Shown: in pieces, positions 9,028 through 18,486 of the stretch
Position numbering within the stretch: position 1 is the first letter of the stretch
How the letters are laid out: the number at the start of each line of letters is the position of its first letter
Source of the DNA: an uncultured Aminicenantes bacterium
Lineage (GTDB): Bacteria; Acidobacteriota; Aminicenantia; UBA2199
NCBI GenBank assembly: GCA_965195285.1
Contig: CBDAFS010000051.1
Coordinates: 1 to 32,496 of the forward strand
Reading direction: 5' to 3'
DNA length: 32,496 nucleotides
Notes under the pieces: generated by a model
Seen by the model: only the letters and a program-made list of their open reading frames with translations
Told to the model about the DNA's origin: nothing
Databases searched by the model: none
Made by a program: the position numbers and the translations under genes

Positions 9028-9478
9028 GCTGCTCTGTATCGGAGGTCTTAAATTCAAGGAATTAAAGCCAGTTGAACAACAATTCGTTAAGCGGATTAAT
9101 GGGTTTTTTAAATTTACCCTCACCCAGCTGAAAGATATCGGCTTAACGGATGAACGTCGGGTTAAAGAAAAAGAGGCAGAAAAGATTCAAAAACATCTGA
9201 ACCGTGATGATTTTGTCGTTGGTCTTGATGAAAGGGGCAAACAGATGAGTTCTACCGATTTTGCCGGATTCTTATCCCGTGAAATTACCCGGGCCCGGGG
9301 CCGTATCGTTTTTTTAATCGGGGGATTTTCCGGCTTATCTTCGGTTCTGGATGAACATATAGATTTGAAATTATCCTTTTCCAGAATGACCTTTTCCCAT
9401 GATATTTTCAGGATTGTTTTTCTGGAGCAACTCTACCGGGCCATGACTATTCTGAAAGGGATCACCTATCACCGCTGA
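9014..9478 (+). CDS. rlmH: 23S rRNA pseudouridine-1915 N3-methyltransferase
   Basis: LDERGKQMSS, FLIGG, LSFSRMTFSH, EQLYRA, C-terminal YHR. Confidence 0.93.
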   Translation: MRMIELLCIGGLKFKELKPVEQQFVKRINGFFKFTLTQLKDIGLTDERRVKEKEAEKIQKHLNRDDFVVGLDERGKQMSSTDFAGFLSREITRARGRIVFLIGGFSGLSSVLDEHIDLKLSFSRMTFSHDIFRIVFLEQLYRAMTILKGITYHR

Positions 9479-9491
9479 TTAAATTTCTGCA

Positions 9492-9520
9492 TTGATTTAC
9501 AATAGATTCTTTTGTATGAT
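9492..9520 (+). promoter_or_regulatory. sigma70-type promoter of pepP
   Basis: TTGATT, 17-nt spacer, TATGAT; SD AAGGAG before ATG 9550. Confidence 0.6.
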
Positions 9521-9549
9521 GATGTTTAATCAGAAAAGGAGATTGAAAA

Positions 9550-10935
9550 ATGTTTGCAAAAGATACTTACCTTGAAAGAAGAAAAAAACTGAAAGAGCAG
9601 CTGGATTCCGGTTTGGTTGTTTTTCCGGGAAATTGTGAGAGTGCCATGAACTATCCTGCCAATCCCTATCATTTCAGGCAGGACAGTAGCTTTCTTTATT
9701 ATTTCGGGCTTGATCTACCCGGTTTCGACGGGGTTATCGATATTGATGAAGACCGGGATTATATATTTGGAAATGATTTTACGGTTGATGATATTATCTG
9801 GACCGGTCCACAGCCCACTGTCAAAGACCTGTCCGCAGATGCCGGGGTGGGTGATACCGGAGATTTCGCTCAGTTTGCTGAAAAGATCAATGCTGCCCTG
9901 GAGGGCAAGAGAAAGATCCACTTCCTTCCCCCATACCGGGCGGAAAACGCTCTCAAGCTTTCGGCTCTGCTGGGGATTTCACCGGAGTTTTTGAAAACCT
10001 ATGTGTCTATTGACCTGATCAAGATCATGGTGGCCCAGAGGTCATTAAAATCAGACCTGGAAGTAAAGGAAATTGAAAAAGCCCTGGAAATTTCATATGA
10101 AATGTATTCAATGGTGATGCAGATGGCTCGACCGGGCGTCTATGAGCGGGAGATCGTGGGAAAGATTGAGGGCATTGTAGGCAGTTACGGGTCTCATATT
10201 GCTTTCCCGACTATCTTGAGCATCCACGGGGAAACCCTGCACAACCATTGCCACGGTAACCGGCTGGAAATGGATCAATTGCTGGTGGTTGATTCCGGGG
10301 CCGAATCTCCGGAACATTATGCCTCGGATATCACCCGGACCCTGCCGGTTGGCGGTGCGTTTACGTCCCGTCAGAAAGAGATTTATGAAATCGTACTGAA
10401 ATCGCAGTTGACTGCCATTGAAGCCATAAAGCCAGAAAAAAAATATAAAGATATTCACCTGCAGGTGGCTGAAGTGATGGTGAACGGGTTGAATGATATC
10501 GGGCTGATGAAGGGAGATGTCAAGGAGGCGGTTAGTCAGGGTGCCCATGCCCTGTTTTATCCCCACGGATTGGGCCACATGATGGGACTGGATGTCCATG
10601 ACATGGAAGATATCGGAGAAGACTTTGTGGGATATAACCAGCAGGTGAAACGGAGCGACCAGTTCGGATTGGCCTACCTGAGGCTGGCCAGGAGGCTCCA
10701 GCCCGGTTTTGTGTTCACGGTTGAACCGGGTATGTATTTTATACCCGCTTTGATTGATCAGTGGAAATCCGAAAACAAATTCAACCAGTTTATCAACTAT
10801 GACAAGGTTGAAGGATATAAAAATTTCGGTGGAATCCGGATTGAAGATGATGTCCTGGTTACCGATACCGGGTACCGGGTACTGGGCAGGCCCATTCCCA
10901 AAACCGTCTCGGAAATTGAAAACATCATGAAATAA
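9550..10935 (+). CDS. pepP: Xaa-Pro aminopeptidase (M24B)
   Basis: FRQDSSFLYYFG, D.GAE...YASDITRT, HGLGH..GLDVHD, TVEPG, GIRIEDD. Confidence 0.93.
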   Translation: MFAKDTYLERRKKLKEQLDSGLVVFPGNCESAMNYPANPYHFRQDSSFLYYFGLDLPGFDGVIDIDEDRDYIFGNDFTVDDIIWTGPQPTVKDLSADAGVGDTGDFAQFAEKINAALEGKRKIHFLPPYRAENALKLSALLGISPEFLKTYVSIDLIKIMVAQRSLKSDLEVKEIEKALEISYEMYSMVMQMARPGVYEREIVGKIEGIVGSYGSHIAFPTILSIHGETLHNHCHGNRLEMDQLLVVDSGAESPEHYASDITRTLPVGGAFTSRQKEIYEIVLKSQLTAIEAIKPEKKYKDIHLQVAEVMVNGLNDIGLMKGDVKEAVSQGAHALFYPHGLGHMMGLDVHDMEDIGEDFVGYNQQVKRSDQFGLAYLRLARRLQPGFVFTVEPGMYFIPALIDQWKSENKFNQFINYDKVEGYKNFGGIRIEDDVLVTDTGYRVLGRPIPKTVSEIENIMK

Positions 10936-11080
10936 CATTTATAATTCTACTAATACGAATTTCCCCAAAAATGTTTTGAAGTTTCAATATTTGCTATTGT
11001 CATTTATACAACACTATCTCCATAGTTACTTAAAATCATATCTTAAATTATTAAATTTTTCTTTGTTTTTTTTAGTATAT

Positions 11081-11109
11081 TTGACTTCTAATTGGTGAGA
11101 TGTTATAAA
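11081..11109 (+). promoter_or_regulatory. sigma70-type promoter of the treT-like gene
   Basis: TTGACT, 17-nt spacer, TATAAA with TG extension. Confidence 0.6.
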
Positions 11110-11168
11110 AGAAAAATTATACGAATGAGTAAATATATTCATATAAAATTTACAAAAGAGGTTAAATA

Positions 11169-12383
11169 ATGAGAAGTTTGGATGAGTACCTTCCCATTGT
11201 GGGAGAGGAGGTTATTGGAAACATTTTCCAACGGGCTCATCGCTTGGTGAACAAACATATTGTCCACATCAATTCCACAGCCCATGGTGGAGGTGTAGCC
11301 GAAATACTGAATAGCTTGATTGTTTTGTTGAATGATATTGGAATTGATTCAGGTTGGAGAGTTCTAATAGGGCCTTCGGATTTTTTTGTGGTTACCAAGA
11401 AGTTCCACAATGCCTTACAGGGTCAACCTATAAATTTAACCAATAATAAAAAAAATCTTTATATGGAAACCAACGAAAGATTTTCCCATTTTACACATCT
11501 GGACCACGATTGCGTTATTATCCATGATCCCCAACCCCTTCCTTTGATTAAGTTTGAAAAAAAGAGACAACCCTGGATCTGGAGATGTCATATTGATATA
11601 ACCAATCCCAATAGAAAGCTTTGGGAATATATCAAATCATTTGTTCTCCGTTATGATATCATGATTATTTCAAGTAAAGCTTTTAGAAAAGATGATCTTC
11701 CCCTGGAACAGAGAATCATCCACCCTTCCATTGATCCTCTTTCCCATAAAAACATGGATTTGTCAGACGAGACTATTTTAAAAACTCTGAAAAAATTTTC
11801 AATTCCTTTGGATAAGCCCATTATTACTCAGGTTTCCCGTTTTGATCCCTGGAAAGACCCAGAAGGTGTATTAAAAGTGTATGAGTTGGTTAAAGAGAAG
11901 GTAGACTGCCGTCTAATTTTTTGCTATAACATGGCTCCAGACGATCCAGAAGGTATCAAGGTATACAATAAAATGGCAAAAAGAGCCGCAAAACATCTGA
12001 ATTCCGGAGATGTTCTGTTTGTCCTGGGTGACAATCAAATTCTTGTGAATGCTTTACAGAGGAAATCCGATGTTGTTCTTCAGAAATCAACCCGGGAAGG
12101 ATTTGGACTGACTGTTTCTGAGGCCTCATGGAAAGGTGTTCCGGTTGTCGCTTCAAAAATCGGAGGGATTCCAGAACAGATTATTAATAATGAAACAGGA
12201 TTCCTGGTGGAACCCACTGATTTTTCAGGATATGCTGAGAAGATAATCACTCTATTAAAAGATAATAAATTTGCTAAAGATATGGGTAAAAAGGGAAAAG
12301 AGTTCATCAGAAAGAACTTTTTGATTACTCGTCATATTGGTGATTATTTAGATCTGTTAATAGATATACTGAATAATTATTAA
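11169..12383 (+). CDS. treT: Trehalose synthase TreT-like glycosyltransferase (GT4)
   Basis: HINSTAHGGGVAEIL, TKKFHNALQG, IHDPQP, WRCHID, QVSRFDPWKDP, DDPEG, QKSTREGFGLTVSEA. Confidence 0.88.
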   Translation: MRSLDEYLPIVGEEVIGNIFQRAHRLVNKHIVHINSTAHGGGVAEILNSLIVLLNDIGIDSGWRVLIGPSDFFVVTKKFHNALQGQPINLTNNKKNLYMETNERFSHFTHLDHDCVIIHDPQPLPLIKFEKKRQPWIWRCHIDITNPNRKLWEYIKSFVLRYDIMIISSKAFRKDDLPLEQRIIHPSIDPLSHKNMDLSDETILKTLKKFSIPLDKPIITQVSRFDPWKDPEGVLKVYELVKEKVDCRLIFCYNMAPDDPEGIKVYNKMAKRAAKHLNSGDVLFVLGDNQILVNALQRKSDVVLQKSTREGFGLTVSEASWKGVPVVASKIGGIPEQIINNETGFLVEPTDFSGYAEKIITLLKDNKFAKDMGKKGKEFIRKNFLITRHIGDYLDLLIDILNNY

Positions 12384-12506
12384 CCTATAATTTATTTATA
12401 GGAGTAAAAATCATGAATTCCTAGAATTATAATTACTGACCATATTTGATGGTTTGACATTCTGGTTCATTTTGATATATTTATAGAGAGGGGATGATAC
12501 AAGCTA

Positions 12507-14714
12507 ATGGTACAAAATAAACGTCAGAAAAAAAAATTTTATATCATTTCCAACCGTCTTCCAATTTCTGTCAGGAGAAAAAAAGAGCAATTCAGTATTC
12601 AGCAAAGCCCGGGTGGATTGGCAACCGGACTCCGGATGATTACTCAAAAAGAAGACCTATATTTAATCGGATGGCCAGGATTATGGCCCTATAATGAAAA
12701 CGAAAAAGAAGACATAAAGAGCATGTTAAAAGAGCACCACTGCCATCCTGTCTTTCTCTCTCCTCCTGATTTAGAAAAGTATTATTATGGATTTACCAAC
12801 AAGGCCCTCTGGCCTCTTTTTCATTATTTTCCAACCTATTGTTCATTTGAAGAATCAGAATGGGAAGCTTATAGAAGAGTGAATCAAAAATTTTTTAAAG
12901 AAGTCTCAAAATTGGCTGGTCCAGAAGATATTTTTTGGATTCATGATTACCATCTTATGCTTCTTCCCTCTTTATTGAGGGAAAAATTTCCCCGAAGTTC
13001 TATTGGTTTTTTTCTCCACATACCATTTCCATCCTCTGAGGTGTTTCGCATATTACCCTGGCGAAAAGAAATTCTCGAAGGCCTTCTTGGTGCTGATTTA
13101 ATAGGTTTTCACACCTATGAATATGCACGACACTTTTTAAGTAGCGTTTTACGACTTTTAGATATTGAGCATGATTTGGGATCGATTTCAGTAGATAACA
13201 GGATTGTTAAAGTGGAAAACTTTCCTATGGGGATTGATTTTGAGAGTTTTGAAAAAATTCTCGAACAGACCTCGATTCAAAGAGATATTAAGAAACTTCA
13301 AGAAGAAACTAAAGCAGAAGAGAGAAAGATTATACTTTCTGTTGACCGTTTGGACTACTCCAAAGGAATACCACAGAGATTAAAGGGTATTGAGCTTTTC
13401 TTGGAAACAAATCCCCAATGGCATAAAAAGCTTATATATATTATGCTCTGTGTCCCTTCCAGGACAAAGGTGAAACATTATTCTCTGCTCAAAGAAGAAG
13501 TGGATGGTCTAGTGGGGAAGATTAATGGTCGTTTTGGAAGTCCAAGCTGGATTCCCATCCACTATATGTATCGTTCACTCCCTTTTAATAAACTTGTACC
13601 ATTATATTACATGGCTGATGTTGCTCTGGTTACGCCTTTACGCGACGGTATGAATCTGGTTGCCAAGGAGTTTGTAGCCTCAAAAAAAGAAAAGAAAGGT
13701 GTGTTGATTCTTAGTGAGACTGCAGGTGCTGCTTCTGAATTAGGAGAAGCCTTACTTGTAAATGTGAATAATAAAGAAGATATAGCAGAAGCTTTGTCTC
13801 AAGCTCTGAATATGAGTGAAGAAGAACAGAAGTCAAGAATGGAATTAATGAGGAAGCGACTTTTTAATTATGATATATTCAAATGGACAAAAAGCTTTAT
13901 TAAAAGACTCGAAGAGGTAAAAAAAATTCAAGCCCGACGTGAGCACTGGAAACTTAACAGTAAGTGGCAAAAGAAGCTTATTTTGGATTATAAAAAAAGT
14001 AAAAAAAGACTCTTACTGTTAGATTATGACGGCACTCTTATTTCTTTTACTCAAAAACCTGATCAGGCGCAACCGGATAAAGAGTTGATAAGGCTTCTTC
14101 TAACTTTGTCCCAAAATGCTTACAATAAGGTGGTTATCATCAGCGGACGTGACAGTTCAACCTTGCAAAAATGGCTGGGAAAGATTCCTTGTGCTCTAAT
14201 TGCAGAACACGGTGCAATGATTAAAAATGGTCCTGATCAGGATTGGAAGAAACAAAAGGACTTCTCAACTGAGTGGAAGGATCAAATCAAGTCAATTTTG
14301 AATACTTATTCCCTCCATGTTCCCGGTTCTTTTGTGGAAGAAAAGGATTATGGAATTGCCTGGCATTACCGAAGGGCCAATCCAGATTTGGGTCAATTGA
14401 GGTCAAGCGAATTGTTTGAATATCTTAGTGAATTTTTGGCTAATACAGACTTACAGGTCATGCATGGAAATAAAGTTATTGAAGTAAGGGTAGCAGGTAT
14501 TAATAAGGGAGAGGCTTCAAAATATTTTTTAGGTTTGAAACCTTTGGACTTTATCCTTGCTTTAGGTGATGATTGGACAGATGAGGATATCTTTAAAATT
14601 TTACCACCGTCTGCCTATTCAATCAAAGTAGGTTTTAAAACAACCCATGCTCGATTCTACATAGAATCTCCTGAAGTCTGTCGAAATCTCCTGCGTGAAT
14701 TAATGAATGCCTAA
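12507..14714 (+). CDS. Bifunctional trehalose-6-phosphate synthase/phosphatase (OtsA-OtsB fusion)
   Basis: [48 protein letters not shown] (GT20); [26 protein letters not shown] (HAD phosphatase). Own TTGACA/TATATT promoter at 12454-12481. Confidence 0.95.
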   Translation: MVQNKRQKKKFYIISNRLPISVRRKKEQFSIQQSPGGLATGLRMITQKEDLYLIGWPGLWPYNENEKEDIKSMLKEHHCHPVFLSPPDLEKYYYGFTNKALWPLFHYFPTYCSFEESEWEAYRRVNQKFFKEVSKLAGPEDIFWIHDYHLMLLPSLLREKFPRSSIGFFLHIPFPSSEVFRILPWRKEILEGLLGADLIGFHTYEYARHFLSSVLRLLDIEHDLGSISVDNRIVKVENFPMGIDFESFEKILEQTSIQRDIKKLQEETKAEERKIILSVDRLDYSKGIPQRLKGIELFLETNPQWHKKLIYIMLCVPSRTKVKHYSLLKEEVDGLVGKINGRFGSPSWIPIHYMYRSLPFNKLVPLYYMADVALVTPLRDGMNLVAKEFVASKKEKKGVLILSETAGAASELGEALLVNVNNKEDIAEALSQALNMSEEEQKSRMELMRKRLFNYDIFKWTKSFIKRLEEVKKIQARREHWKLNSKWQKKLILDYKKSKKRLLLLDYDGTLISFTQKPDQAQPDKELIRLLLTLSQNAYNKVVIISGRDSSTLQKWLGKIPCALIAEHGAMIKNGPDQDWKKQKDFSTEWKDQIKSILNTYSLHVPGSFVEEKDYGIAWHYRRANPDLGQLRSSELFEYLSEFLANTDLQVMHGNKVIEVRVAGINKGEASKYFLGLKPLDFILALGDDWTDEDIFKILPPSAYSIKVGFKTTHARFYIESPEVCRNLLRELMNA

Positions 14715-14727
14715 AAAAATTTAGGTT

Positions 14728-14979
14728 ATCAATTTTGCTACTTTAAAGGAAAGAGATCAGGTTGGTAAATAAACTTTCGAGTGTATTAAGTAAGCCTGAG
14801 CGGAAGTTTGTATTAGAGATGTTAATGGGGATATTAATTACCGGTAGTGTAAATTTAACCCGTATCGCTGGGGAGTTGAGGAGAGCTACCGGTTTGAGAA
14901 GCAGGATTTTGGCATAGAGAAATCAATAGTGAGGAGATATCCAAGAATAAAAACATTGATAGGTTTAACCTTACCTTAA
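14728..14979 (+). mobile_element. Relic of an IS4-like DDE transposase, frameshifted and internally deleted
   Basis: Manual translation gives INFATLK (14728-14748), then after a frameshift RKEIRLVNKLSSVLSKPERKFVLEMLMGILITGSVNLTRIAGEL, then in another frame from 14863 YRWGVEESYRFEKQDFGIEKSIVRR (RW.xEE..R..KQ catalytic-Glu region). Confidence 0.72.
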
Positions 14980-15010
14980 TTCACCATCAAAGAAGAGATA
15001 ACCTCATTAA

Positions 15011-15038
15011 TAGGGCAACCGCAAGGGTTGCACCCTAC
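15011..15038 (-). repeat. REP-like GTAG hairpin
   Basis: Minus strand GTAGGGTGCAACCCTTGCGGTTGCCCTA: GTAG foot plus imperfect palindrome. Single copy in the window. Confidence 0.5.
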
Positions 15039-15111
15039 AATTTTCTTACCCTTTATTCATAATCTTCTATAGATATTTGTAAATTTTAGGTGGTGGATTT
15101 TGGCCTGCAGA

Positions 15112-15140
15112 TTGACTTTTGGGATGTTGTTAAGTATTAT
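15112..15140 (+). promoter_or_regulatory. sigma70-type promoter of rex-CNNM-smpB
   Basis: TTGACT, 17-nt spacer, TATTAT. Confidence 0.6.
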
Positions 15141-15170
15141 ATTATTTATTTTAAACAATAAACCGGTGAG

Positions 15171-15830
15171 GTGGATATGAAAAAGAAAATCAGTCTGCGT
15201 GTCATCAGACGCATATCATTTTACTATGAGGCCATGCTCAAACTGGATCTTCCCGAGGATGAATATATCTCATCAAAAAATCTGGAAGAAATCACCGGGG
15301 TATCCTGCAATCAGGTCCGGCAGGATTTTTTCTACCTGGGTATCTCAATCGGCAAGCAGAAGAAGGGCTATCAGGTCAAAAAGCTTTTCAGCGAATTGAA
15401 ACGTATCCTGTCGGTGGACAAAGGGGCCAAGGTGATTGTGATCGGGGCCGGGCGCCTGGGACGGGCCCTTTCGGAATACAAGTTGTTTAAAGTGCGGAAC
15501 ATTCATGTGGCTGCCCTGTTTGATATCAAACCGGAACTGGTGGGCAAGGTGCTGGAAGTCAAGGGCGAAAAAATTTCCATCTATCACCTGGACCGACTGG
15601 AGACTTTTCTGAAAGGCCATAAGGATATCCGGATTGCCATGCTGGCGGTTCCGGAGAATGCTGCCCAGGAGGTCTTGGATAAGCTGATCAAACTGGGTAT
15701 AAAGGGAATTGTCAATTTTGCACCCAGGATTCTGAAGCTGCCCAGAAGCGCCCGGAATATTCAACTGGTCAATGATTGTATCGGGGATTCTCTGTATAAA
15801 ATTGTCTACCAGATCTATCATAAAAGTTAG
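15171..15830 (+). CDS. rex: Redox-sensing transcriptional repressor Rex
   Basis: N-terminal wHTH (ISS..L....GV...QVRQDF.YLG...G....GY.V), Rossmann GAGRLGRAL, AVP..AAQ, GIVNFAP. Start may be ATG 15177. Confidence 0.85.
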   Translation: MDMKKKISLRVIRRISFYYEAMLKLDLPEDEYISSKNLEEITGVSCNQVRQDFFYLGISIGKQKKGYQVKKLFSELKRILSVDKGAKVIVIGAGRLGRALSEYKLFKVRNIHVAALFDIKPELVGKVLEVKGEKISIYHLDRLETFLKGHKDIRIAMLAVPENAAQEVLDKLIKLGIKGIVNFAPRILKLPRSARNIQLVNDCIGDSLYKIVYQIYHKS

Positions 15831-15864
15831 CACAGGATAGTTATAGATCAATCCGGGGGAAACC

Positions 15865-17112
15865 ATGTTTTCGATTTACATTTCATTTTTTGTTGTTTTG
15901 ATTCTGTTCAGTGCCTTTTTTTCATCAGCTGAAACATCGCTGCTGTCGCTGGATAAAATCAAACTGGCCCACAAAGTGAAAAAGAAGAATAAAAAAGCCG
16001 TTATGCTTATCAAAATTCTAAAATCTCCGGATGAATTTTTCTCCACCATCCTGATTGGGAATAACCTGGTCAATATTGCGGCCGCTTCCCTGGTCACTAT
16101 TCTCTTTTCCAAATTTCTCCGTGTCAATGAAAATCTTATCCTGTTGCTTTCCACTGCCTGTACCACCGTGATCATCCTGTTTTTCGCCGAGATCATTCCC
16201 AAAACCTATGCCTTTCGGTTCAGTGAAAAGCTGTCCTATCTTTATGCCTATCCCATAAAGTTTTTCAAATTTCTTTTTTTCCCGCTGGTTAAAATCATCT
16301 CCTTTTTTTCCAATTTCTTTTTCAGGAAAAAAATGTTAAAACTGGACCAGAAGGAATTTTCTACCGAGGAGATCAAGCACTTCCTGGAATCGGAAATCCA
16401 GTTTTTCAAATACAGCCCGGAAACCCTGAAAATTGTCCACGAAATCATTGATATTGCCCAGAAGGATATCAAAAATGTCATGACCCCCCGGCCCAAAATC
16501 ATTGCCCTGGAAGTAGATTCGGATCTTAACCAGCTCAAAGAGATCATCCTGAAAAAAAGAATTACCAAGATCCCCCTGTATAAAGATAATTTGAATAACA
16601 TTACCGGGGTGATCTATACCAATAAGTTGTTATTCGAATTAATAGACTGTGATTTTCAGGATCTGAAAATGGACCGGATTTCGGAAAAACCTGTCTTCAT
16701 ATCGGAATATTCTTCCCTGAATTATGTCCTGAAGGAATTTAAAAGGAACCGTACTAATTTTGCGGTCATTCTGGATGAATATGGAAGCACAATCGGTATC
16801 ATTACCCTGAATGATATTTTCAGGGAAATCTTCGGGGAAATTGAGATCAAGCGAACCCCTATCAAGCGGATTGATTCCAACACCTTTATAATTGAAGGCT
16901 ATCTGGCGGTCGAAGACTTGAATGCCCAGCTGTATCTCGATCTGCCGGAAAAAAAGGATTATACTACTTTATCCGGTCTGTTTGTCTTCCATTTTGGCCG
17001 GTTTCCCCGGGCTGATGCTACCATCACCATCAAAAATATCCAAATGAAGGTAAAGAAAATGGGAGAGCGGAAAATAGAGAAAATTTGGTTGAAAAAAAAT
17101 GAGGAATCATAA
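15865..17112 (+). CDS. CNNM/DUF21-CBS-CorC (hemolysin-family) membrane protein
   Basis: SAFFSSAETS, TILIGNNLVN, EIIPK, VMTPR, DEYG...GIIT..DI..EIFGEI, C-terminal CorC_HlyC-like domain. Confidence 0.9.
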   Translation: MFSIYISFFVVLILFSAFFSSAETSLLSLDKIKLAHKVKKKNKKAVMLIKILKSPDEFFSTILIGNNLVNIAAASLVTILFSKFLRVNENLILLLSTACTTVIILFFAEIIPKTYAFRFSEKLSYLYAYPIKFFKFLFFPLVKIISFFSNFFFRKKMLKLDQKEFSTEEIKHFLESEIQFFKYSPETLKIVHEIIDIAQKDIKNVMTPRPKIIALEVDSDLNQLKEIILKKRITKIPLYKDNLNNITGVIYTNKLLFELIDCDFQDLKMDRISEKPVFISEYSSLNYVLKEFKRNRTNFAVILDEYGSTIGIITLNDIFREIFGEIEIKRTPIKRIDSNTFIIEGYLAVEDLNAQLYLDLPEKKDYTTLSGLFVFHFGRFPRADATITIKNIQMKVKKMGERKIEKIWLKKNEES

Positions 17113-17127
17113 CCACAGCAGGTCAAA

Positions 17128-17580
17128 ATGAAAAACATTACTGTCAATAAAAAGGCCCTTCATGAGTATGAGATTATTGAAAAGTTTGAGGCCGGTATGG
17201 TCCTGAGGGGGAGCGAAGTCAAATCGATCCGGGAGGGAAAGGTGAACCTGAAAGACGCCTATGTACTGATCCGGGATCGGGAGGCCTTTTTAAATAACAG
17301 TCATATTGCCGCTTATTCCAATGCCAGTTACAACAATCATGAGCCGGAAAGGGAGCGCAAGCTGCTCCTGAACCGGAAAGAGATCGCGAAAGTTCACAAG
17401 AAAATCAAGGAGCGTGGATTTAGTTTGATTGCCCTGCGCATGTATTTCAATCCCAAAGGAATTGTCAAATTGGAAATTGCCCTGGCAAAGGGGAAGCGGC
17501 GATGGGAAAAAAAGCAGAAGATAAAGGAAAGAGACATAAAAAAAGATGTTGACCGGGAATTAAAACACTATAAGTCCTGA
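17128..17580 (+). CDS. smpB: SsrA-binding protein
   Basis: NKKA.HEY, EAGMVLRGSEVKSIR, RKLLL.RKEI, LAKGKR. Confidence 0.97.
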   Translation: MKNITVNKKALHEYEIIEKFEAGMVLRGSEVKSIREGKVNLKDAYVLIRDREAFLNNSHIAAYSNASYNNHEPERERKLLLNRKEIAKVHKKIKERGFSLIALRMYFNPKGIVKLEIALAKGKRRWEKKQKIKERDIKKDVDRELKHYKS

Positions 17581-17614
17581 AAAGATGCAGTTTCGGGCGA
17601 TATATTACTTAAAT

Positions 17615-18283
17615 TCAGGTTTGCATGATTTTCAGGGCCAGATAGGAAAATGAGATCTTGACGGTTGAAATAAATAAGAAATACAATAAAACAACCAGCA
17701 GGGTCTTTTTGAAACGCATTTTGGAAAAAACCGATACACCGGCAGCCAGGGCCACCAGGTACCAGAGGTAAAAAATATCAAATTTGGAGATGATGAAAAA
17801 AGCCAGGGTATTGGGGGTAACGGAGAGCAGGGTGGCTGGATTCAGCAACCGAAGCAGGGGCAGACCTGAAAACAGGGATATGATCCCCACCAGCATGGGA
17901 ATTACGGTTCCGATCACCGAGGCATTGACCACCAGGGAAAAATAGTTGGAATACGTTCCTTCTGCCCGGGCAATGCCGTAAAACAGATAGATAAAAAAGG
18001 TGGCAATGGCCATGATGATCATGGTGAGAATAACCGCCCAGAAAGAGGTCATGACCAGCCTGAATCCCGAAATAGTACCCACCTGTTCAAAATGTTCCTG
18101 AATCCACTCGTTGGTGCTGGCGGTCTTATCAATTAACCGGGGTGCTGATATATAGGTGAAGACAAACACCATGCAGAGAATGAAGGCCATGGTAGCAATC
18201 CACTGCTTCTGGTCCATTATCCGACCCAGGGTCTGGCCGGGACTGAGGATGATTCCTTTGAGGTTGTTTAAAAAATCGGTCAT
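17615..18283 (-). CDS. Yip1-family membrane protein
   Basis: GIILSPGQT.....W N-terminus, about 5 TM helices, DIFYLW...L..GVS. Confidence 0.7.
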   Translation of the reverse strand: MTDFLNNLKGIILSPGQTLGRIMDQKQWIATMAFILCMVFVFTYISAPRLIDKTASTNEWIQEHFEQVGTISGFRLVMTSFWAVILTMIIMAIATFFIYLFYGIARAEGTYSNYFSLVVNASVIGTVIPMLVGIISLFSGLPLLRLLNPATLLSVTPNTLAFFIISKFDIFYLWYLVALAAGVSVFSKMRFKKTLLVVLLYFLFISTVKISFSYLALKIMQT

Positions 18284-18486
18284 TGTTTCACTCCAAAAGG
18301 GTTTAAAGGATGATTTTACACCAATTTACCGGTTTCTGCCAGACAAAATCCGATTTTTATGAAAATCATTAAGTCCTTGAAAAAACTTTAAAACATTGAT
18401 TAAATAGGTTATAATTATATTATGCAATATGTTTCGGAGGGGTTGTTTCAGATGGTTGCAGTCTGATTACCGGAAAGGATACCTAA

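Noticed and set aside
10108-10938. 276-aa antisense ORF, and many other shadow ORFs such as 23032..23553, 15345..15866 and 30863..31381
   Set aside because: They lie opposite or inside well-supported genes and show no motifs; consistent with codon-bias shadows
14710-14725. CCTAAA-AAAA-TTTAGG hairpin at the end of the TPS/TPP gene
   Set aside because: Too weak to call a terminator or an IS end
15127-15160. Possible Rex operator upstream of rex
   Set aside because: Only half-site matches (TTGTTAA, TAAACAA) without the correct spacing
17581-17614. tmRNA (ssrA) next to smpB
   Set aside because: There is no room: the convergent Yip1 gene ends 34 nt downstream
18430-18480. Possible structured leader of yggS (TCAGA...TCTGA hairpin; TTTCGG pairing near the SD)
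   Set aside because: Short stems with no riboswitch signature; not distinguishable from chance
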